From contig NC_091992.1 in NCBI RefSeq assembly GCF_044704955.1, forward strand, positions 94,550,001-94,614,000: a stretch of DNA of 64,000 bases, written 5' to 3'. Of this stretch, positions 1-12,798 are shown piece after piece. The notes under the pieces were generated by a model. That model searched no databases and was not told the DNA's origin. It saw only the letters and a list, made by a program, of their open reading frames with translations. Position 1 is the first letter of the stretch. Each line of letters begins with the position of its first letter. Source of the stretch: Pristiophorus japonicus (lineage: Eukaryota). A program made the translations under genes and the position numbers.

Positions 1-7
1 ATATAAA

Positions 8-990
8 GGGGGCAATTTTGCTGAATACGTTAGGCACTAAAGAGGTGGCCAAGATGGGGTCTTAAGCTGAAACGCCGGGTTTAGTCTGTGTTTAGCGCAA
101 GATGCCATCTTGGTAAAGGAGTTGAAGCCTGCACTAGGAACAGCTGCCAGAATGCTAGTTATACAGCTGATTGCCACTTAAAATGTCAGCTTGCATGCAT
201 TAAAGAGACTGCACAGCATTTTGGTGGCTAACGCTTCAACTAACACCCTCTCCTAACAGTGACCAGCTGTTTAGGAGTAAACACGGCATGGTCAATTTCA
301 AGCGCAACTTACCACTTCGTTGTCATTACTGCTGGAACTGTGTCGATGACCTCTTAAACACATCAGAAGGCTTTCTTTGACACTTTGCCAAGTCTTCATC
401 AACACATGAGCAAATTCTCTGAGGACTTCACCCAAAAAGAGTAAGTGCTGTGCTACTCTACTTTATAGGAGTCACAAGAGAAGGGGAGTGCTTGGTCATG
501 GGTATCTTGCTCAGAGTCCCATTGGTGTGTACAAGGAATGGATCGAGGATGAGGCCAGGCAGAGCAACATGAGAGAGGGACAGGTGTGCAAGGTGGCGTC
601 TTTCCCCCCTGAGGGTACAGGACATCCCTCCACCTCTGGACTTCCTCCAGCAGGACCTCCAGTGCAGCGCCCGAGAACCTGTGCCCCTCTCCCTCGGTTC
701 CTGAGCCATCCTGCAATGTGCCACTGTGTGCAGCCAGAGCACTCTACACCTTCAGGGGAAGTGGGTGCGAGGAGCCCACATATACTATTCCACGAAAATT
801 GCATCTAATCAGCGGTTGGGTGCTAAACCTGCAAGTGTCTGTTTAGCACCTCCAGGCACGTTCAAATTATGGTGATCAGCAATTAGGACCAAAATTGTGT
901 GTTAAATCCAGATTTCCAAACAGGCGTATCTTATTAGCACTGCACCCACTTTTAGTGCCTGTTTTCACGTGTTGGCCAAAATAAACCCCA
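8..990 (-). mobile_element. Decayed PIF/Harbinger-like DNA transposon with Myb/SANT-like ORF remnant
   Basis: Imperfect inverted ends (GGGGGCAATTTTG..ACGT..AGGCACTAAA at 8-41; the reverse complement of ~950-990 reads GGGGTTTATTTTG..ACGT..AGGCACTAAA). The minus-strand peptide RFSGAALEVLLEEVQRWRDVLYP (ORF 453-716) resembles the N-terminus of the Harbinger Myb/SANT DNA-binding protein. Confidence 0.55.
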
Positions 991-1658
991 ATTTGCTTTG
1001 AATTAAGCTTTCCTTGTATTTACATTCCTTTGGTCCAGCACCCGAGTTACCATTCTTCACACATGGGCCTAGAGAGCTACTGTTGACAGGCCAGTCCATT
1101 GTGATCTTGTCTTCACCCAATGTCCACATGCATATTTTCCAGCTAACTTCACTGAATAGCAATTGGAGCAGGAACTGGAAATCTAGCCGGTTTCCCTTTT
1201 TACGATTCCAGGGACACTGTGGTGACCCGACTGCTGCCTGCCCCTCCCTGTTGAGATGCATTAACTCAGCACAGACCAGGATCAAACCTCGAAGGGCCCG
1301 TGGGTCTGCCCAAGTGCCACACAATCGAGTGCGCTCGCCAACTAAAGCATGCGGGAAGCACAAAAACAATTTACAAACTCAAATGAAAGATAAGGGCGAT
1401 GTAATGTAAACAATAGCCATTGATCGGTTGTGAGTTTAAAGTGGGCGTGTCAGCATCAGATGCCCTTTTTTTTTATTTCTGTGATTAGATTATTCAAAGG
1501 AGTGAGTGGTGATGACAGAGTTGCGATCCCAAATGAGAGCAGAATCAACATCACTAGAGACGGTCATTAACCCACATTGTTTTAATGATCGCACACTGTT
1601 GAGCTTCAATGGTTTCACGAACAATGACTAGCATTTCTGTATTGACTTTCACTTAATA

Positions 1659-2066
1659 GACAAGACTCCCAAGGCAAGCGCTCTACTCGGAACTCCTACA
1701 CGGCAAGCAAACTCCAGGTGGGCAGAGGAAGCATTTCAAGGACACCCTCAAAGCCTCTGGATAATGTGCAACATCCCCACTGACACCTGGGAATCCCTGG
1801 CCGAAGACCGCCCTAAGTGGAGGAAGAGCATCCGGGAGGGTGCTGAGCACCTCGAGTCTCGACGCCGAGAGCATACAGAAAACAAGCGCAGGCAGCGGAA
1901 GGAGCATGCGACAAACCAGGCTCCCCACCCACCCTTTCCTTCAACCACTGTCTGCCCCACCTGTGACAGAGACTGTAATTCCCGTATTGGACTGTACAGT
2001 CACCTGAGAACTCACTTTTAGAGTGGAAGCGTCTTCCTCGATTTCGAGGGACTGCCGATGATGATG
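1659..2066 (+). mobile_element. RTE-clade LINE, 3' fragment
   Basis: RLPRQALYSEL..RKHFKDTLKA..WESLAEDRPKWR..CPTCDRDCNSRIGLYSHLRTH C2H2 end, followed by a (TGA)n tail. Confidence 0.9.
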
Positions 2067-2069
2067 TCA

Positions 2070-2620
2070 TAGGCAAGACTGAAGCCACCCTCTTCAGTCC
2101 CCACCACAAACTCCAGACCCTTGTCCCCGATTTCATCCTCCTCAGCCAGTCACTGTCTCAGTTTGAACCACGCTGTTCACAACTCTACTCTGCTCGCAAG
2201 TGTTCTATTCCACCCGGAGCTGAGCTTCCGATCCTATATCCTCCCCCTCACAAAGTCTGCCTACTTCCACCAGCCTCTCCTGCCTCGGCCTATCTGCTAC
2301 GGATACCCTCATCCATGTCTTTCTCACTTCCAGCCTCCACTATTCTAATGCTCTCCCGGCCAGCTTCCCATCCTCTACCTTCCATACACTTCACTTCAAA
2401 ATTCTGTCCATATCCTATCCTGCACTAAGCCCCGCTCACCAACCACCCTATCCTTGCTGACCTACATTCGTTCCCAGTTCTCCCTCCACCCACTCCCCAG
2501 CACCTCGAATCTCTGAACAAATTGTTAGTACCACTCCTCATATCTCTTCCTTTGGTGCAGCACCTCGGGATGTTTTTCAACATTAAGGGCGCTATATAAA
2601 TGTAATTTTTTTGTTGTAAT
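2070..2620 (+). mobile_element. L2-clade LINE, degraded 3' fragment
   Basis: KTEA..F, AYFH and HAFVTSRLDYSN-like remnants; tail GCTATATAAATG..TTGTTG shared with the other L2 copies. Confidence 0.6.
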
Positions 2621-4416
2621 AAAATGTCCCAAGCAGCTTAGCATGGGCTGAGGAGTGGAAGAATTAGGAGAGCTGACCAAAAGCACAGCTCCAAGGAGGC
2701 TTTCAAAGGGTGGGAAGAAACGAGGTGAAGAGGAGAAAGAGTTCCAAAGGATAGGATCTAGTTGAGAAAGACTGAGATGTACAAATAAGGTTAAATGATC
2801 ACTCATTCTTCGCAACTGTTTGAAGTTGTTTTTAAGTTGTATTGTCACACTTACAATTTCAGAAACATAACGTGAAGGCCCATTACCTAATCAAGCTTTG
2901 CTTGTGTAACCTGCAATATTGCCTGAAATGTTCCATCGAACTGCAGCCTTCTAGTTAGTTCGCTGCCACCTGTCCACAGTTTATTATCTTAGATTTATTC
3001 TGCAGTCAATGTTGTTCTTATTGTGGGAAATTATTTTAATCTTGCTGCAGTGAAAAAGAAAATGTTGACTCACTGCATGGAGGTAACACTTGGCCCTCGA
3101 TAACAACGTGCCATAGAAACTACAGAGCAGGAAGCCAAGTTCACAATACTCATTAAACAGAGACAAGAGCCTGACTTCTGCACTTTCTCAGTGCACTGAT
3201 AAGGACCACAGATAGAGAAATTTACAAGAAACTTGGATACGCTTCACCTATTCGAAAGACCAAGCGTTCATAATTTACTTGCAGCTTCAGTGATTGCAAG
3301 TTATGATTCACGCACACTTTTAAAATGTAGTAGATAAACTGTTGTGAATAAAGCAGCAAGGGGGATTTCAGTATGCTGAAGGCACTATACAAATGCAAGT
3401 TATTCCTCTGTAAAATATATCTGTGTGTATTGGAAACGTGTTAATGCAAATCTATCTCCTATACTTAAACATGGTGTAAATAATTCTAGTGCAAATGAGT
3501 CACCTTTACAAGGCCCTTTACGGGTCAAATTCTAAAGCTAAATTTTGGATTGTGATCCTGTGAGAGTTAGTTCCTGAGCAGCTCATTCCCATTTCTTCTT
3601 TTCAAGTGAAGTTTGCCACAGAGCTCAATATCTGTTAGGAGCATCGTGTTTATAATCCTTTACTATGGGCTTATCACATACTCAGTATAACTGAACCTCC
3701 TGGTACAATGATTTCCTAAACTCTAGTTCACACTTGAAGTGAATAATTTTCCTTTTTGTTTTCCATTTGTAAACCCAAAGGAACAATTTTGTGAAGCAGC
3801 TCCAATTCTACCAGTATCTCTCATAGTTCCCTTTTATACTTTGGAAGAGTCATTTTGAAGGTGGGGAGCTGATCAGGAAAATTGATGTGTACAAAAACAT
3901 AGCCCTCACACCAAGAAAGCTGGGGCATTAAATAGCTTCGACCTGAGAAGTGTTTGAATGGCTCGGAGCTCTGCTTTCAGACAACTAATGCTCAATTGGC
4001 AAAAGTATGCATTTCCACCATTTTACTTGTTTACTGGAAAATAATAAAAGGAACAAGGAAGGAATATTTGTTGCCTCAGGCTCGGGGAGAGAGATCAGCT
4101 ATGGTGTTTATATGCTCTCTATTCAGAGATTCAGCAACCTTTCCATGAGGAGGAAATCTTTTGCACTGTTGAGAGATTACCCCACAGATCCCTCAGCTCT
4201 TAAGCAATTGTTTGACTGTTAAGTAGGACACATTAAAAATCAAAGGCACAAAGAAACGCTAATCAGTGTGATGAATTTAAGAAAAATTTCATCACTATTT
4301 GTTTAGAATAGCAAGGTCTGATCTTTGGCACCAAGATAATGACATTCTTTTATGCTTACTAGCTGATCTGTCGTTGTGTTGTTCACAGGTATTCTGATGT
4401 CTGAAGTACATTGTAA

Positions 4417-5440
4417 TGGGGCCAGAAGAGCTGAGGGTCCAGGAGCCAGCCCACACTGCGATTGTGTGCGCAATCCTGAACTCCAGGAGATAGTCAATGT
4501 ATTCACTGAGGCATATGAAAGCACGGGCCTTATGCTTAACATCCGTAAGACAAAGGTCCTCCACCGGCCTGTCCTCGTTGCACAGCACTGCCCTCCAATC
4601 ATCAAGATTCATGGCGCGGCTCTCGACAACATGGACCACTTCCCATGTCTCGGGAGCCTCTTATCAGCAAAGGCAGACATTGATGCGGAGATTCAACATC
4701 GCCTCCAGTGCGTCAGTGCAGCCTTCAGCCGTCTGAGGAAAAGAGTGTTTGAAGGCCTGGCCCTCAAATCTACCACCAAGCTCATGGTCTACAGGGCTGT
4801 TGTAATACCCGCCCTCCTGTATGGATCTGAGGCATGGACGATGTACAGAAGGCACCTCAAGTCGCTGGAGATATATCACCAACGATGTCTCCGCAAGATC
4901 CTGCGGATCCCCTGGGAGGACAGGTGCACCAACATCAGTGTCCTCATCCAGGCTAACATCCCCAGTATTGAAGCACTAACCACACTCGATCAGCTTCGCT
5001 GGGCAGGCCACATAGTTCGAACGCCAGATACGAGACTCCCAAAGCAAGTGCTCTATGCAGAGCTCCTTCATGGCAAATGAGCCAAAGGTGGGCAGCGGAA
5101 GTGTTACAAGGACACCCTCAAAGCCTCCCTGGTAAAGTGCGACATCACCACTGACACCTGGGAGACACTGGCCGAAGACCGCACGAGGTGGAGAAAGTGC
5201 ATCCGGGAGGGCATTGAGTTCTTCGAGTCTCAGCGCAAAGAGCGTGAAGAGGTCAAGCGCAGACAGCGGAAGGAGCACGCGGCAAATCAGCCCCACCGAC
5301 CCCTTCCCTCGACGAATGTCTGTCCCACCTGTGACAGGGTTTGTGGTTCTCGTATTGGACTGTTCAGCCACCAGAGAATTCACTTTGAGAGTGGAAGCAA
5401 GTCTTCCTCGATTCCGAGGGACTGCCTGTGATGATGATGT
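4417..5440 (+). mobile_element. RTE LINE with a 5'UTR piece joined directly to the RT C-terminal part
   Basis: ORF 4376-5080 contains GLMLNIRKTKVL, FPCLGS, LLYGSEAW, QLRWAGH. 4417-4471 matches the RTE 5' region at 61791-61858. TGATGA tail. Confidence 0.85.
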
Positions 5441-5698
5441 GCGCACTAGGTCCGTGCAGCAGAGCTGGTCTCCAGTCGTCCTGGTTAATCTTTGCCACTG
5501 GACCAAGACCTAGCTCTGGTGGCTGGTGTGCAACGGCCACTACACGTTAAAAAAATCCACACACAGGCATCTTCCACCCTTCAGGATTTAGTTCAGGACC
5601 TGGAATATTAAGTACTTCTTTGAAACACCTATGAACTCATCCCTTTTTGGCGTGGAAGCAAGTCATCCTCGATATGAGGGACCGCCTATGATGATGAA
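5438..5698 (+). mobile_element. Bipartite non-autonomous RTE derivative (5'UTR/EN start fused to 3' tail)
   Basis: Same sequence as 61850-62120 and as 14395-14645 (reverse strand); ends GTGGAAGCAAGTCATCCTCG..TATGATGATG. Confidence 0.75.
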
Positions 5699-6144
5699 TG
5701 AATATTTGTGGATTCAGGGTAAGTTGGAACATACAGTGATACATACATATCTGAGCCTACTGTGCTCCGACAAAAAAAAGCCATGTTCCCATTCCCAGTG
5801 GAGGCAAAATAGGTTTCTGTCCCTCTCGGAAGGCTTGGCAGGGTCGGTTGCACTGGTTGTGAATGGCGGGGTGGGAGAGGGTGGGGACGGAAGAAGCACC
5901 ACAGGAAGGTTTATGCCCTTTATGATGGCCTATATTTAGGGGTTTTATTGTGGCATGGGTGGGCAATGGTCATGTTGACACTATCGCACAGGACTTTTTT
6001 TGCTGCAATGTTATCGGGCAGAACATTAAAACTGAACAGAAAGATTTTGCGTAATATGATTGGCGAGCAAGAAAAGCCAATAAGAAAGAATTGGAAAGGA
6101 GGGGGGAAAAAGAGACTTAAACGCTTATCCAATGAGGAAGAAAT

Positions 6145-6243
6145 AGAAACAGAAAATGCTGGAAATACTCAGCAGGTCAGGCAACATCTGTGGGGAGAGA
6201 GAAACAGAGTTCACGTTTCAGGTCGATGACCTTGCGTCAGAAT
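6145..6243 (-). mobile_element. Penelope-like terminal repeat fragment
   Basis: AAACAGAAAATGCTGGAAATACTCAGCAGGTCAGGC..GTTTCAGGTCGATGACC, also present at 25222 and 53262. Confidence 0.55.
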
Positions 6244-6379
6244 TTTTGTTTTTGAAGAAGAAAACTGACACTCAGTTGGCACGGCAAAGGCTATAGCCAC
6301 ATTTATCAGAACACAAAAGAATCAAGCAGCACTCAGAAGATATCGCTATTACACAAACTTTGACCGATTATATTTTATG

Positions 6380-6992
6380 CCAAGAAATAGGAGCAGGAGT
6401 AGGCTATTCTCCCCCTTGAGCCTGCTCCGCCATTCAATAAGATCACGGCTGATCTTCTACCTCAACTCCACTTTCCCGTCCTATTCCCATATCCCTTGAT
6501 TCCCTTAGTGTCCAAAAATCTATCGATCTCAGTCTTGAATATATTCATCGACTGAGCATTCACAGCCCTCTGGGGTAGAGAACTCCAAAGATTCACCAGC
6601 CTCTGAGTGAAGAAATTGCTCCTCAGCTCAGTCCTAAATGGCTGACCCCTTATCCTGAGACTGTGCCCCCTAGTTCTAGACTCTCCAGCCAGGGGAAACA
6701 TCCTCTCAGCATCTACCCTGTCAAACTCTCTAAGAATTGTATATGTTTCAATGAGATCACCTCTCATTGTTCTAAACTCCAGAGAATATAGGCCTAGTCT
6801 ACTCAATCTCTCCTCCTACGTCAGCCTTTTCATCCCAGGAATCAATCTTGTGAACCTTCATTACACCCACTATAAGGCAAGTATATCCTTTCTTAGTTAT
6901 GGAGATCAAAACTGTGCACAGTGCTCCAGGTGTGGTCTCACTGATGCCATATATAACTGCAGCAAGACTTCCTTACTCTTATACTGCAACCC
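6380..6992 (-). mobile_element. CR1-clade LINE 3' fragment
   Basis: RPHLEHCAQFWSP and LSRLGLYSLEFRTMRGDLIETY..RTRGHSLRI..FFTQRLVNLW; CR1-type 3'UTR. Confidence 0.9.
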
Positions 6993-7332
6993 CCCAGGAC
7001 TACTGATAACATTGGAAAAACTAAAACTGGCAAAGAAATCTCAAATAAACATGCAGGCTAGCACAGAAAGTGAAACTTCAAATTTTCCAGTTTCCACGAT
7101 CTTTGGAACAATAGCACGATTCATGTGAGAATATGATTGGGTAAATTCACCGACCCTGTGCTCCCACTGCGAAGCATGGATCTGAGAGAGGCCAGCAGCA
7201 CTGTCACACCGATTGTGCTCCTTTCAAACGCAGGAGTTGTGAATTTGCCCTTGCGTTTATTAAATGAGTTATCAAGATGGTAGAAAAATGTCTACTTGAC
7301 TGTCTAAAGACCTGACCAGTTTCAGTACTTAC

Positions 7333-7398
7333 ACAATTGGTGTGTTTCAGGGCAGCTTCATACTGCAGCCTCACTCTTTGTGGCATCATGGCATCATC
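7333..7398 (-). CDS. B3GNTL1: B3GNTL1 (QTGAL, queuosine-tRNA galactosyltransferase) coding exon 5
   Basis: 66 nt, tag|GAT..TGT|gtaagt; encodes [22 protein letters not shown] versus human [22 protein letters not shown]; phases fit exon 4. Confidence 0.95.
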
Positions 7399-7407
7399 CT
7401 ATGACAA

Positions 7408-7545
7408 AGGGAGAAGGGAATAGAGGGTTATGCTGATAAGAGTTAGATGAGGAAAGATGGGAGGAGGCTCGAGTGGAGCATAAAGGCCGGCTTGCAATGG
7501 TTGAGATAAATGGCCTGTTGATGTGCTTTATATCCTATGTAATAA
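7408..7545 (+). mobile_element. CR1-type 3'UTR fragment abutting the exon 5 acceptor
   Basis: AGGGAGAAGGGAATAGAGGGTTATGCTGAT..GATGAGGAAAGATGGGAGGAGGC matches 55861-55920. Confidence 0.75.
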
Positions 7546-9314
7546 CACATGTGTGCTCTTCCCACTGCAAATATACACACCAGAACACATTGATGAGCTT
7601 GCTTCCCTACATTATAACAGTGGCTACACTTCAAATGTACCCATTGGCTGTGACGTGCTTTCATGTGTCCTAAGGCCGTGAAAGGTGCTATATAAATGTA
7701 AGTAACTTTCTTCCTTCTTTTTATAGACAAGTAACCATTACTATGGCAGGAGGGAAGGAGGCCCAAGTTCAGATTTGCCCAAGCTGACATGCACAGTCAC
7801 AATGATATCCTCCAATGCCGAATTCACATCAGACCCAAAATGGCAACGTAATCGGGAATTAAAAAATATCATTAATAAATTATTTTCTGTAAGTTTGGCT
7901 GAGTCCTGACATCCAAAATTGGCTGACCTTTATCAGTGATTGAGGGGGTCATGACCTCCCCTGATCCACACTCTCCCCCACAGGCCATTACTACCAAATG
8001 GGGATGGAATGTTTAACCATCTTAAACTCGTCTCCCTTTCTCTATCTATAGATAGATATATATCTATCATATAACAAATATTCAGCAATACCTGAGTTAA
8101 TAGCTAAAAACTGCTGACACGCTCAAAGATAAAAAGAAATGGTCCTTAAATGTTAAAATTTTCAATGGAACCGAATCAGTGTGCCAGGAATTTCTCATTC
8201 AGTCCCTGGATCAACCAAGAACAGCCTTCACCTGTAAACGCTGCTGCAATATCCCTATGGCCGGGTGCTTCAGTAATTTTGAGCTATGGCACACTGTAAA
8301 TTTCTATAAAAATAGGCTTCCCATTTTTAGCTTGGGTTTCATTTTCAGCAACAAAAGCTGTGATCTGCAACATGGCCCACACCCTAAATCGTCCTCTTCC
8401 TCCTTTTCCCTCCTCCCCCTCTCCAATAAAAAGTGCCCAACTCATGCCAAGTTATGGTTCCACAGGTGTGGTCATTCTTGGCTGAGGTACGAAGGACCAA
8501 CCATGTTGATAGGATTGCACTTTACCAAGAGGGTGGGAGTGAATTCAATGTACCTGGACACAGGACGTTCAGAACAGGGAATACTGGAGGAGAGGCGGTA
8601 ACTTACGGGCTCGTACGCACCTTGTACGCGCCAGTAGGGGCCGCAAATTATGAGCCAATATTACAATTGGCAGAAAAGCAGACACAGAAAATGAAGGAAA
8701 AGATTATGTCAGGCTTTAGATTGGTTGTGGAATCGAACAGGCAAATGGCAAATGAAACTGCTGAAAAATATAGAAGGAAAGAAAGATTTGCATTTATATA
8801 GCGCCTTTCACGACCATTGGACATCTCAAATTGCTTTACAGGCAACAAGTACTTTTGGCGTGGAGTCACTGTTGTGATATGGGAAATACGGCTGCCAATT
8901 TGCGCACAGTATTGCAAACAGGTTGAAAGGTGTAACATAAAAGTATACAACGAACAGAACTGAGCTGGTATAAAGAAGATGAAGTGATAGTAGACTGTTA
9001 CATCCAACATTTAGACACTATAATGAAATAATTAAAAAATGCAAACAGAATGCTGGAATATATAGGCACACAGTGGAGTACAATTTTTTTTAAAACAGAG
9101 ATTCCATGTTATAATGTTACAGTCCAGTACACTTAATTAAAAATTGCTCAATTCAAATGATTTAATAACTAGATTTTTAACATAAACTCTCACTTTGCTG
9201 TGATCAATCCAAAATATTATTCTAAATTAAGTCAGAGAGATGAATCCAGAGAACATAAGTTTAAATGAATGAAAAGTAAATTAAAAACAGAACGGAAAAT
9301 AAGATTTTTTTTTA

Positions 9315-9742
9315 AACACTTGCATTTATAAAGCACCTTTCACAACCTCGGGATATGCCAAAACATTTTACAGCTCTTTGAAGTTTAGTCACTGTTGGAA
9401 ATTCGACTATTTGCACACAGAACGTCCCACAAGCAGCAATGTGATAATGACCAGATAATCTGTTTTAGTGACGTTGGTTGAGGGATAAATATTGGCCAAT
9501 ATTGGAAGAATTTTGCTGCTCTTTTCCGAATAGTGCTATGGGAATTTATCGACCCGAGAGGGCAGGAAGGGTCTCGGTTTAACGTCTCATCCAACAGATG
9601 GCACCTCTGACAGTGCAGCACTCCCTCAGTATTGCACTGGCGTGCCAGCCTGGATTTTGTGCTCAGGTCTCTGGAATGGGACTTGAACCCACAACCTTCC
9701 TTAACAGAGGCGAGAGTGCTACCCACTGGGCTATAGCTGACA
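9315..9742 (-). mobile_element. tRNA-head Deu-domain SINE with L2-like tail (SacSINE1-like)
   Basis: On the minus strand: A/B box-like head (AGCCCAGTGGGTAGCAC..GGTTCAAGTCCC), central CCCATAGCACTATTCG..GGCCAATATTTATCCCTC, tail GCTTTATAAATGCAAG. Many copies in the window. Confidence 0.8.
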
Positions 9743-10451
9743 CCATGGAAAATCTCTTCACTCAAAGAGTGACAAATGTTTGAAATAATCTTCCAAGAGG
9801 AGGGCAGTTATCGGGACAAAAACATTAAGGCCATTCAGACTCCAGCTGGATGCTATAATTAGAGATTCTTTCCTCCAGATTTTGGGTCACATTTCATGGC
9901 TGCAGCATGATCAGAAAGGCAAGTTGTACAGCTATGTACAGACTCAATAAAAAATTAATAAGTTATAGCTAAGCACGGGATAGTGTTTAAATACTTTGAT
10001 TTCTCTGGAGGGGCTTTCATCAGAACAAGCACACAACTATGTAACCAGGTAACAAATAAAAACCATCATCTGGAAATTACTCCTGCCAGTGTTAGCAGAC
10101 AAATGCTTAACACATTATACAACATTCTTTAGCCAATTGTTTCGACAGGGCTTTAAACCATTAGAAGGAAGCAGGTTAATAACTACATTAAACTGCCAGA
10201 CAAAGGAATGGCATACGATGCATTTATGTGCTAATATCACCACTGCAATTTCTCAGCTTCTACATGAATTATATAACCGTAAACAAACTTCACGCACTAT
10301 TTCATGAAACGTAACTGCATCAAACATGCAACAATGCCACTCAACACTTTTTCGGGTATTAGGATTTCTGCGATCTGAAGCGAAACCACTCTACCGGCTC
10401 ACAGATCAACGTTCTCCAGCTACTTGCAGATTACAACTCATGTGTTATTCG

Positions 10452-12199
10452 TAAGAATAACAAGACAACAGGAGCAGATGGAATTCCCGCCGAGGCACTA
10501 AAGCATGGCGGAGAAGCACTATTGGCACGAATACATGACCTCATCTCTTTTATCTGGAAGGAGGAGAGCAAGCCAAGAGACTTCAGGGACGCCGTAATCG
10601 TGACCATCTTCAAAAAAGGGGACAATTCCGACTGCGGCAACTACAGAGGAATCTCCCTGCTGTTGGCCACAGGGAAAGCCATCGCTAGAATCTTCCTCAA
10701 TCATCTTCTCCTGGTGGCTGAAGAGCTTCTCTCAGAGTCACAATGTGGATTCCATCCACTAAGGGGTACAATGGGCATGATCTTCATCGCGCAACAACAA
10801 GAGAAATGCAGGGAACAGCACCAACCCTTGTACATGGCCTTCTTTGACCTCACAAAGGCCTTTGACACTGTCAACCGTGAGGAATTATGGAGCATCCTCC
10901 TCAGTTTCAGCTGCCCTCAAAGGTTTGTCACCATTCTCCATCTGCTCCATGATGACATGCAAGCTGTGATCCTGACCAATGGATCCACCACAGACCCAAT
11001 CCTCGTCCGGACCGGGGTCAAGCAAGGCTGCGTCATCACACCAACGCTCTTTTCGATCTTCCTTGCTGCAATGCTCCACCTCACCCGTAGCAAGCTCCCT
11101 GCTGGAGTGGAGCTAATCTACAGAACAAACAGGAATCTGTTCAACCTCCGCCGACTCCAGGCCAGATACAAGGTCGTCCCATCCTCTGCCATTGAATTAC
11201 AGTATAGAGATGAGACTTGCGTTTGTGCGCACTCAGAGGCCGAACTCCAAGCCATCGTCAACACCTTCACCAAGGTGTACAAGAACATGGGCCTTCCATT
11301 AAACATCCGTAAGACAAAGGTCCTCTACCAACCTGACCCCGCCACACAACATTGACCCCGATTATCAAAATCCACGACAAGGCCTTGGACAACGTGGACC
11401 ATTTTCCATACCTCGGGAGCCTACTGTCAGCAAGAGCAAACATTGACGACGAGGTCCAATAGCATCTTCAGTGCGCCAGCGCAGCCTTCGATCACCTGAG
11501 GAAGAGAGTGTTTGAAGACCAGGACCTCAAATCGGCACCAAGCTTATGGTCTACCGAGCAGTAATGATACCCGCCTCCTATATGGCTCAGAGACATGGAC
11601 TATATACAACAGACACCTCAAAACACTGGAGAAGTATCACCAGCGCTGCCTCCGCAAGATCCTGCAAATCCATTGGGAGGACAGATGCACCAATGTCAGT
11701 GTTCTCGCTCAGATCAACATCCCCAGCATTGACCACACTCGCTCAGCTCCGTTGGGCGGGCCACATCGTCCGCATGTCCGACACGAGACTCCCAAAGCAA
11801 GCGCTCTGCGCGGAGCTTCGACACGGCAAGCGAGCCCCAGGTGGGCAGAGGAAATGCTTCAAGGACATTCTCAAAGTATCCTTGATAAAGTGCAACATCC
11901 CCATCGGCTCCTGGGAATCCCTGGCCCATGATCGCCCAAAATGGAGGAAGAGCATCTGGGAGGGTGCTGAGCACCTCGAGTCTCGTCGCCGAGAACAAGC
12001 AGAAACCACATGTAGACAGCGGAAGGAGCGTGTGTCAACCCAGGCTCCCCGACCACCCTTTCCTTCAACCACTGTCTGCCCACCTGTGACGAGAGACTGT
12101 AGGTCCCGCAGTGGACTCCATAGTCACCTGAGAACTCACTTTTAGAGTGGAGGCAAGTCATCCTCGACTCCGAGGGACTGCCTATGATGATGATGATGA
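10452..12199 (+). mobile_element. RTE LINE, 5'-truncated (RT to 3' end), frameshifted
   Basis: CGNYRGISLL, FFDLTKAFDTV, GVKQGCV, degenerate YADD (YRDE), C-terminal zinc finger, (TGA)n tail. Possible TSD ACAACTC(A/G)TG at about 10433 and 12199. Confidence 0.93.
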
Positions 12200-12798
12200 C
12201 AACTCGTGTTTTGGGGAACAATTTCAATAGTGCTGCCAACTGTAAGTGCAATACTAAATTTGGCTCTTAAAAGGGGCAAGTCAGGTGAGTCCACAGGGGC
12301 AGCATTCCGCCCAAACAGGTCTATATTCCCACTGTTTCAGTGCGCTCATTGTTGCAATGGACTTTCGTTTGAAGTGCTGTTAATTTTTTATTGTTTAAAA
12401 ATATCCACATTTTTCAGAGTCTGCCTAATCTCACGGAAGCCATGCAATCCATGAAGCAAAATAAATCCCTAGCCAGGATGGGAGAATGATGGTCCTCGAG
12501 GGATAAGCTTTGATGGGCGACGTGGCCTTTTCTCATCCTGGACATTTCTGATGTCCTTAATTTCTTAGGTTTTTTTCATGTACAAGACTATCTTTTCATG
12601 TCAAATATTAATTTTGAGACGTTAACTATCTTCCTTAGGATGTCCTTTAATGAATCAACCATTTCAGATCATGACTTTGCCTACTTCCTCAGTTGGCAAA
12701 CTTTCTTAGTTTTAGCACAAAGCTAGGAGAGAGTGCCTGATGCAATTAAAATGTTAATGACTTCTCTCCAGAAGATTGGCTCAGTTAGAAAGCTGGTA

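Noticed and set aside
1-7332. B3GNTL1 exon 6 (IIGC..STERYTRWIN)
   Set aside because: No match found by eye; probably left of the window, though I may have missed it
8433-8801. 122-aa ORF
   Set aside because: EFNVPGHRTFR looks like a decayed CR1 endonuclease piece running into MITE and SINE fragments; no convincing splice context
9660-9742. tRNA-like A/B boxes (also 17520-17578, 39063-39125, 51019-51080)
   Set aside because: SINE heads followed by SINE body; not stand-alone tRNA genes
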